Below are positions 29,258 to 36,028 of a stretch of 64,000 bases of DNA, piece by piece. The translations under genes were made by a program, and so were the position numbers. Every line of letters starts with the position of its first letter. Position 1 is the first letter of the stretch. The DNA comes from a virus: the IMG/VR virus record IMGVR_UViG_3300028841_000078. The stretch is one strand, 5' to 3'. Below the pieces are notes generated by a model. It did no database searches and had not been told where the DNA came from. It saw only the letters and a program-made list of their open reading frames with translations.

Positions 29258-29347
29258 ACTGGTGGTGAATAAATCGAGTTCTTCGACTCATTATCGGGCT
29301 GGCGAGCAGTGCTCGTTGGCGTGACGCGATTTAGAACGTTCCCCAGT
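29258..29347 (+). ncRNA. Y-RNA-like unit 3 (anticodon-arm-like CAU hairpin)
   Basis: ACTGG/CCAGT; TGGTGAA...GTTCC; TAAATCG/CGATTTA; TTCGA-CTCATTA-TCGGG hairpin. Confidence 0.7.
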
Positions 29348-29358
29348 GTCTGGTTCGT

Positions 29359-29496
29359 AAATCGGTGGTGTATAAGGCGAGTTCTTCCTATGTTAAAGGG
29401 CTGGTCGGAGGTTCAAGTCCTTCCCCGTCCATTCGTGGACGGGTAGCTCAGGTGGTTAGAGCAGCTTGTAACGCGCTTTAGAATGTTCCCCGATTT
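29359..29496 (+). ncRNA. yrlA: YrlA-like Y RNA with circularly permuted tRNA domain
   Basis: AAATCGG/CCGATTT; T arm GGAGG-TTCAAGT-CCTTC; acceptor CCCGTCCA-TTCG-TGGACGGG; D arm GCTC-AGGTGGTTA-GAGC; next to TROVE gene. Confidence 0.85.
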
Positions 29497-29510
29497 TGTT
29501 TCGTGCAATT

Positions 29511-29545
29511 GGGCAGCAGGTATACCTGCTGCCCTTTTTGTTTTT
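29511..29545 (+). terminator. intrinsic terminator between the Y-RNA array and the Ro60 gene
   Basis: GGGCAGCAGG-TATA-CCTGCTGCCC followed by TTTTTGTTTTT. Confidence 0.85.
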
Positions 29546-29561
29546 CACACACACATAAATC

Positions 29562-30941
29562 ATGAAAAAGCCAATCGATCAGCTTGCCGGTGGGTTCGGG
29601 GCAGTAGCGGCCATCCAAACCCCAGAACAAACGCTTCGCCGCTTAGTGATGGCATCGCTCCTATGGGAGAAGTTGGCCTATGAATCGGGCGAATACAACG
29701 CCCTTGCCATCAAAGAGGCCATCTCGAAAGTGCCCGCGCCACAGGTGGCGGCAATTGCGATTGAGGCCCGCGAAAAGCAGCACCTGCGCCACACCCCGCT
29801 CTTCATCGCCGCCCAGATGTGCAAGTTGCCGACGCATCGCCCGTTTGTGGGCGGTGTGCTTGAGAAGATCTGCACTCGCCCCGACATGTTGGGCGACTTT
29901 ATGGCGCTGTATCAGATGGACAACAAAGACGCGCCCATCGCCAAGCAGGTCAAGACCGGCCTAGCCAAAGCCTTTGTCAAGTTCAGCGAGTATCAGCTTC
30001 GCAAATACGCCTCGCGTCAGGGCCAAGTCACCCTGCGTGATGTGATGTTTTTGGTGCATCCCAATCCGATTGAGAAGTGGCAGGTTGAGGCATTCAAGCA
30101 ACTGGCAAACAAAGAACTACCCCCCGCTGAAACGTGGGAGGTCATGCTGAGTTCAGGGGCAGACAAGTGCCGCACGTTCACTCAGTTGGTGCAAGGCGAC
30201 AAGCTGGGCGGCATGGCGCTATTACGCAACCTGCGCGGCATGAAAGAGGCCGGGGTGGATAAGCGCGTGATTCTGGGCGGGCTTGAACGCATGAAAACGG
30301 GCTACCTCTTGCCGATGAACTTTCTCTCCGCCGCCAAGAACGCGCCGGACTTTAGCGGTGCAATCGAACAGGCCATGTATCGCTGCTATGGCACCCAAGA
30401 GAAGCTGCCCGGAACGACCGTGTTCGCGGTGGACCGGTCGGGCAGCATGAATCAGCGCATCAGCGCACGGTCGGAGAATCAGCGCCTCGATGTGGCAATT
30501 GCGATGGCGATTCTGGCGCGGGAACGCTGCGAGAACCCGATCATCTACGCCACGGCAGGTCATGCCGGTCACGCCACAGTCCGGGTTCATCAGCGCGGCT
30601 TCGGATTGGCTGAGGAAATCAAGAACGCGCCCATCGGTGGCGGCGGTATCTATACCCGCCAGTGCCTTGAGTTCATTAGAAAGGACTTGGGCGACACCCA
30701 TGTTGACCGAGTGATCGTGTTCAGTGACAGCCAAGATTGCGACACCAGCCACAAGCTGCCCGCGCCGTTTGGCACCACGAATTACATCGTGGATGTATCG
30801 GCTCACAGCAAGGGCATCAATTACGGCCAGCTTTGGACCGCCGAAATCAGCGGCTGGTCTGATCACTTTCTCGACTACATTTTTGCGCTGGAAGGCATCA
30901 ACACAGTTGTCGATGACACGGGTGACGAAATCGAAGGCTAG
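29562..30941 (+). CDS. rsr: Ro60/Rsr-family TROVE domain RNA-binding protein with vWA domain
   Basis: LRHTPLF, VKTGLAKAFVKFSEYQLRKY, TLRDVMFLVHP, TWEVMLS, LGGMALLRNLR, MIDAS-like DRSGSM, VIVFSDSQ. Confidence 0.9.
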   Translation: MKKPIDQLAGGFGAVAAIQTPEQTLRRLVMASLLWEKLAYESGEYNALAIKEAISKVPAPQVAAIAIEAREKQHLRHTPLFIAAQMCKLPTHRPFVGGVLEKICTRPDMLGDFMALYQMDNKDAPIAKQVKTGLAKAFVKFSEYQLRKYASRQGQVTLRDVMFLVHPNPIEKWQVEAFKQLANKELPPAETWEVMLSSGADKCRTFTQLVQGDKLGGMALLRNLRGMKEAGVDKRVILGGLERMKTGYLLPMNFLSAAKNAPDFSGAIEQAMYRCYGTQEKLPGTTVFAVDRSGSMNQRISARSENQRLDVAIAMAILARERCENPIIYATAGHAGHATVRVHQRGFGLAEEIKNAPIGGGGIYTRQCLEFIRKDLGDTHVDRVIVFSDSQDCDTSHKLPAPFGTTNYIVDVSAHSKGINYGQLWTAEISGWSDHFLDYIFALEGINTVVDDTGDEIEG

Positions 30942-31015
30942 TTAAACAGTCAGTCTAGGCGTGAGTTTAGGGGAACACGGTGAATAATCACCGTGTTCTT
31001 TTTTTAGGAGGCACC

Positions 31016-31768
31016 ATGCAGGTAGTGAACTTTCACATCAAACTCATTGAACACGCTGGCCTCAAGTTGATACCGGGCAAGAAGTTCTGGGCCAAGCCAA
31101 TTCTCGGATTTGATTTAGACAAAAAAGACGGTTGGCGCTTCAAGAGCCGCGACAAGCCCCCATTCATCCAGTCGGTTGACTACTTTGATGTGCCACAAAA
31201 ACCGCTGGTGATGATCTGCTGCGCTTACCTCAGCGATTCGTTTGCCAGATACGCAGTCGTGGTTTGGGATGGCAACGCCATTCACAGAACGACGATTCGG
31301 ACTGAGGCGACGAAATGGGCAATGGACATCACCGCACAGGTCGAGGACCTATTTAACCTGATCAAAGAGGGTCAGCCGTGGGAGCACTACATCGACACCA
31401 AGCCGCTGCAGGTAGACCTGCTTGATGAAGGCGATGTGGCGACCCATGTCGTAGACGAGGAGATCGTCAAAATCGCCGATGGCATCTCGATCAACAAGAT
31501 CAACAAAAAGATCAAGTCGGCCAAAACAGCCCACAGCGCGGCCAAAGCCGCTGATGCGTTCGGGGTGGTCAAGATCACCCCGCAGCGCAAAGAGTTGATC
31601 GAGGCCATCAATGAGTTATCCGAGAAGTGCCCCGGTATGAGCCTGTGGAGCACGCTACTCATTGCGGTGGGCGACAAGAAAGACACCGACATCAGCGATG
31701 AGGATTTAATCGATCTGGTCTTTGACTACACCATGTCAATCGCTGGTGAGAATCTAGCCCTTGATTAA
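31016..31768 (+). CDS. hypothetical protein
   Basis: AGGAGG RBS; class-B promoter upstream. Confidence 0.65.
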   Translation: MQVVNFHIKLIEHAGLKLIPGKKFWAKPILGFDLDKKDGWRFKSRDKPPFIQSVDYFDVPQKPLVMICCAYLSDSFARYAVVVWDGNAIHRTTIRTEATKWAMDITAQVEDLFNLIKEGQPWEHYIDTKPLQVDLLDEGDVATHVVDEEIVKIADGISINKINKKIKSAKTAHSAAKAADAFGVVKITPQRKELIEAINELSEKCPGMSLWSTLLIAVGDKKDTDISDEDLIDLVFDYTMSIAGENLALD

Positions 31769-31770
31769 CC

Positions 31771-32070
31771 ATGACACAGCAAATCCAAACCCTCTCCCCC
31801 GGCGAGTTCATCGCCTTTCGTATAGACACCCTGAAACAGAACACCGGCACGGTGATCTTAGGCATTGTCTGCGGTATGGATATCGATCTAGCCGGACTGA
31901 ATGCCAACCTGTCCGTTGTTCGCAGTCCAAAGTTCAAAGACGGTCAAGTCGATGTCAAGTTTCGCCGCGTCTATGCCAACCCGCCAGAGCTTAAAGACAA
32001 TGCCGGTGCCCCACTCAAGCGCGACGGTCGCTTCTTTGTCTTTGATCACTCAATGGAGTTTGTCGTTTGA
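31771..32070 (+). CDS. hypothetical protein
   Basis: Coupled ORF. Confidence 0.55.
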   Translation: MTQQIQTLSPGEFIAFRIDTLKQNTGTVILGIVCGMDIDLAGLNANLSVVRSPKFKDGQVDVKFRRVYANPPELKDNAGAPLKRDGRFFVFDHSMEFVV

Positions 32071-32161
32071 ACGTTGACCGCGATTACAGTTCATAAGTCA
32101 CCTTGTGAACTGTGCTGGCGGCACAACCGGCTTATCGGCAACCGTCCAAAGGAAACACAGA

Positions 32162-32692
32162 ATGGAAACCCCGAACGAAAATGAAACCCCTGAAACAAGT
32201 CAACCCAATCAGCCAGACGAACCCACGAACACCAACCCCATCGACAGCTTTCTGAGCGAGATCTCCGGCGGCGTGGCCTCGGACGCTGAGGAGCAAGACC
32301 ACAGCGACGATGCCGCGCACGATTCGGCCAGCGGGCTGACGGTCGATTTTGACAAGTGGTGGAGCGGTCAGGTACGCCTCTATCCGGGCTGGCCCGTCTT
32401 TCACTTTCAGATCGACAAGCCGTTTGCGGCGTTGGACAAGTCATACACCGCATTCAACACCGTTGCCACCCCGGAGATCGTCGCAAAGTGGGTTGAATTG
32501 CAGAGCGCCGGTCAGGTCAATCTGAATTCCAAGTATGGCAGTTCAAATCAATATGCCGCCTGTGAAATTGCGGGTGACCCGGACAACCCTGAGAAAGGCT
32601 TTCTCATTCGACTGGGCGGCGAACGCTACCGACTCGATGGAATGGCCTACGATGGCAAGGAATACACGACCGCGCAGATCATCGGCGAATAA
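32162..32692 (+). CDS. hypothetical protein with acidic N-terminus
   Basis: AAGGA RBS. Confidence 0.6.
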   Translation: METPNENETPETSQPNQPDEPTNTNPIDSFLSEISGGVASDAEEQDHSDDAAHDSASGLTVDFDKWWSGQVRLYPGWPVFHFQIDKPFAALDKSYTAFNTVATPEIVAKWVELQSAGQVNLNSKYGSSNQYAACEIAGDPDNPEKGFLIRLGGERYRLDGMAYDGKEYTTAQIIGE

Positions 32693-32706
32693 ATGAGGGA
32701 GGCAAC

Positions 32707-34491
32707 ATGGCGGCAATCGTCGTTGGTGAGGAGCATCTATTCTCTCAAAAGGCCAAGGGGCTGGTGCGGCTGAACAAACACCGCAGCGACACCCTGCCCG
32801 TTGCCTTTATCCCCGGCGGGTCGCACCGTCCGGTGATTTACGGAGAGATGGAGAAGTTCTTCACCCAACACAAGCATCCTGTTTTGTTTGTGCGGCCCTG
32901 CCCTGAATCGCCCAATCACGGCGGCGAGGTGGCGGGCTTTCAGTCTGAGGCTGTCAAGCGCGAGGCATCCATTCAGCAGGTCTGGAAGGTTCGCCAAGCA
33001 ATTGCCAAGAAGAATCTGCGGGCCGACATTGTGGTGATGCCCTATGTCCACGCCGATCTGTCCTGCGTGGTCGCACCGGGCAAATACTACGTGTGGGGAC
33101 TGGGCAACAACGGAGTCACCGCCGGGACAAGCGAGACGGTGGTGATTCCGATCAACCCCAAGAACCCCGGCCATTACTTTCTGTCCGCCGCCGGGTATGA
33201 CCCCAAGACCGTCGAGGTTGAGTTTGTGCGCGACAAGGCCAATCGAAAGGTCTACTGTGTCCAGATTCGTGCCGCCTCCGCCCACTTGGACATCGACCCC
33301 GCGCCCGAAGGAGCGTTGCCGGGGTTTGTCCCCGGCGGCAAGATGACGGTCGTCAAAACTTATCAAGTGAAAGACCTGAATGATCTTGGCGAACTGGAGT
33401 TTTTGAAGGGAACCGACACCGCAGGGCTATTAGTCATTCAGCCCACCGGCTCAATGCTCAGTCACGCGGCAGCGCACTGTCGCGGAGCCAAGATCGCATT
33501 TTGCATCGGGAAACCGGACATCAAGCCCGGAAGTGTCGTGGCCGAACCCGCGTCCGGTTGGCTGGTGGTCGGGGATGTCGAGGCCAAGCCGTATGACCCG
33601 GCCACCTACTGGGCGGACTTTCGGCGCGGCTTTGATGCGCCCCTCATCTGGGAGAGCATGAAACTAGGCACGTTCTTTCATCAGTGGGCCACCAAGCCCC
33701 TAGGCAGTCCAAATCGAGTCGCCTATCTGGGCGGTCGCTTTTGCAAATGGCTGGTGCAAGCGGGCATCACCGCCTTTTGTGGCGAGTCGCGTCACACCGA
33801 TTGTGTCCACAACAAAGGCGACTGGGGCGGGTATCAGATTCACCACCACTATGTCAACATGACCGGAGAACATGAACCACAACGCGCCACGATCTTAAAG
33901 ATGCTGCGCGACAGTCACGCGACCCTGCCCGATCTGTTGAAAGTCGCCCAATGGACCCACCAGATGTTTAGTCTCAGTTGGATGCACTCAATGGGTGGCT
34001 ACAAGTGGCAGATGTGCGCGGCATCGGCCATCAACTCGATTGAGGCGATTATGAAAGGCGACTGCAGCGCGGCCATCACCGCCCTCAACGCGCTTGAGAA
34101 CGGCGTTCACAACGGCGGGAAGCTGTTCAACAAGTTTCATGAGTCGCTGAAGTGGCTGGATATCGCCACAGCCGGGGTCAGCATGGACACAGGCGAAACC
34201 GGGCTTTCATCCGAGATCGCAGAGGTGGCCTTGCTCACCAAGTTCAACGACACCCCGGTAAAAGAATCTTCTATCCAATGGGCGACGACAGCGGCCTTGG
34301 CCGATATCGTCATCCCCAAGATGGGCAATCCTAAAGCGGTGCAGCCATCGGTTACATCGTCGGCGACGTTTACCGACAACGACTTCGCCCAGAAGTTCAA
34401 CGCAGGCGCGATGGCGGCGATGAACAAATCTCAACCAGAGGTTCCACCTAAAAAATCAGCAATGGTCATTCGACCAAAAAAGGGAATATGA
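32707..34491 (+). CDS. PEP-synthase/RPH-type dikinase: ATP-grasp, His-swivel domain, unknown C-domain
   Basis: KAKGLVRL..LPV, LFVRP, GLGNNGVTAG, VEVEF..VYCVQIRA (PPDK_N-like); GSMLSHAAAHCR phospho-His motif. Confidence 0.75.
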   Translation: MAAIVVGEEHLFSQKAKGLVRLNKHRSDTLPVAFIPGGSHRPVIYGEMEKFFTQHKHPVLFVRPCPESPNHGGEVAGFQSEAVKREASIQQVWKVRQAIAKKNLRADIVVMPYVHADLSCVVAPGKYYVWGLGNNGVTAGTSETVVIPINPKNPGHYFLSAAGYDPKTVEVEFVRDKANRKVYCVQIRAASAHLDIDPAPEGALPGFVPGGKMTVVKTYQVKDLNDLGELEFLKGTDTAGLLVIQPTGSMLSHAAAHCRGAKIAFCIGKPDIKPGSVVAEPASGWLVVGDVEAKPYDPATYWADFRRGFDAPLIWESMKLGTFFHQWATKPLGSPNRVAYLGGRFCKWLVQAGITAFCGESRHTDCVHNKGDWGGYQIHHHYVNMTGEHEPQRATILKMLRDSHATLPDLLKVAQWTHQMFSLSWMHSMGGYKWQMCAASAINSIEAIMKGDCSAAITALNALENGVHNGGKLFNKFHESLKWLDIATAGVSMDTGETGLSSEIAEVALLTKFNDTPVKESSIQWATTAALADIVIPKMGNPKAVQPSVTSSATFTDNDFAQKFNAGAMAAMNKSQPEVPPKKSAMVIRPKKGI

Positions 34492-35021
34492 ACACACAAC
34501 CAACCAAAATCGAAAATCAGAACTCCGCTCCAATCTTCACAATGAAGTGGTGGCGTGGCATCTTTATCACCAATGTCACCTGTGGCGGTCGTCAACCCAT
34601 GACGGACTTTGAACATCGAACCGATAAGCCCGATCTGGTCATCGGTGCAGCGGGGCTTGCCAAAGAGACGTACGCCTTTGGGGGCGGGTTTGACTTCATC
34701 AATCGCACCGCCAGACGCGCCGTGTATATCAACTGGCAAGACTTCGGGGTGCCCGACATGGACAAGTCATGGTGGGAGAACCTTTACGAATCCATCGAGC
34801 AGATCAAGCCCCGCCACATTCATGTGCAGTGCATGGGCGGGATGGGCAGGACGGGCACGATCTTGACGATTCTGCTCATCTTGTCGCGCCGGGATAAGAA
34901 GGACGCATTCAAGACGGTGGGCAGCGCGATTCAGTACATCCGGGCGCATGGCAATCCTCATGCGGTCGAAACCCCGGCCCAACGCCAGTACATCGCCGAC
35001 ATGACAGGAACCCAACTATGA
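34488..35021 (+). CDS. CX5R protein-tyrosine/dual-specificity-type phosphatase 1
   Basis: WQDFGVP acid loop; HVQCMGGMGRTGT; AVETPAQ. Confidence 0.85.
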   Translation: MNTQPTKIENQNSAPIFTMKWWRGIFITNVTCGGRQPMTDFEHRTDKPDLVIGAAGLAKETYAFGGGFDFINRTARRAVYINWQDFGVPDMDKSWWENLYESIEQIKPRHIHVQCMGGMGRTGTILTILLILSRRDKKDAFKTVGSAIQYIRAHGNPHAVETPAQRQYIADMTGTQL

Positions 35022-36028
35022 GCAGCCTTGTCAACGGCGATGATGCCGATGACTTCTTTTTTGGCAACGCCACAGGCGACCATGAGAAGTCAGAACCCAC
35101 ATCCACGCCCCTGCCCTTATTTACAGGGCACAAACACGACTCAGGGGTGAACTCAGCCTACACCTTAAGCTGGAGCGGCGGCAACAAAACCAAAGTGACC
35201 GGCGGCGGCAAGATGTATGCGGGGGACTTTAAGCACGACAAGACGATTGACTTTCTCATCTCGGCGGTCGCGCTTGAACCCCAAGCCCACTATGCCATCG
35301 GCGCAGATCTATCCTGCGCCGATGGCATTAGCGGCGTTCGCCATGCCGTGCTGCTCGATTGGCCGGACATGCAGGTGCCAAAAGTGCCGCTGAATTTTTG
35401 GGTCAATCTGATCAAAGACCTATCCACGATTCGGCCACAACACTTACATGTGCAGTGCGCGGGCGGCAACGGGCGCACCGGGACCACCTTAGCCATTCTG
35501 TTGCAGCTTGCAACCGGCGGCTACCCCTCCGTCGAGGTGTTGGTCAAGTCGCTTCGCGCAGGGTACCGTCAGGCGGCGGTCGAAACCAAATCCCAGTTTG
35601 ATTACATTGCTTACGTCTGCAACATCCCGGTCGGCGATGTGAAAGACATGATTCGGAAAGACCCGGTTGTGGTGAGTACGGCCACAAAGAAGCCGGTCAA
35701 AACCCCGCCGCTGGAAGGGCTTAAGAAGTCGGGCACAACCACGACCATTCAACTCTCGCCTGAGAAAGAGAAGATTCGCAAATCGAAATACTTTCTACAG
35801 TTCGATGCCGACTTCACGAGCAATCTACCGATTGACCTAGCGGTGGCTTACTACGAAATCTGGGAGAGCATCGGTAAGCCCATTCTGATCAAGAAGGGCA
35901 ACGTGCCCTATGCCGCCAAGGTGCCCACTGACCGGGTATATCCAGAACACATCCACCTTTACAAGCTGAGTGAGGACAAGCAGTTTTACCTGTCCGTGGC
36001 CCTCGCTCATGTGAACGAGAAGAAATGA
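35018..36028 (+). CDS. CX5R phosphatase 2 with C-terminal extension
   Basis: WPDMQVP; HVQCAGGNGRTGT; AVETKSQ. Confidence 0.85.
   Translation: MSSLVNGDDADDFFFGNATGDHEKSEPTSTPLPLFTGHKHDSGVNSAYTLSWSGGNKTKVTGGGKMYAGDFKHDKTIDFLISAVALEPQAHYAIGADLSCADGISGVRHAVLLDWPDMQVPKVPLNFWVNLIKDLSTIRPQHLHVQCAGGNGRTGTTLAILLQLATGGYPSVEVLVKSLRAGYRQAAVETKSQFDYIAYVCNIPVGDVKDMIRKDPVVVSTATKKPVKTPPLEGLKKSGTTTTIQLSPEKEKIRKSKYFLQFDADFTSNLPIDLAVAYYEIWESIGKPILIKKGNVPYAAKVPTDRVYPEHIHLYKLSEDKQFYLSVALAHVNEKK

Larger units (their letters stand above)
17883..29557 (+). promoter_or_regulatory. start-associated motif ACACACATA(A)GGA
   Basis: Copies at 17883, 19985, 20323, 21203, 22573, 24575, 26853; variants near 23843, 25184, 29549. 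Confidence 0.8.

Noticed and set aside
29424-29470. Functional tRNA gene
   Set aside because: The arms are in permuted order, the acceptor stem is closed by TTCG, and there is no free 3' CCA end.
29101-29496. CRISPR array
   Set aside because: The conserved bases are split into 5' and 3' halves that pair around variable domains of unequal length. There are no identical direct repeats and no cas genes; the pattern fits Y RNAs.
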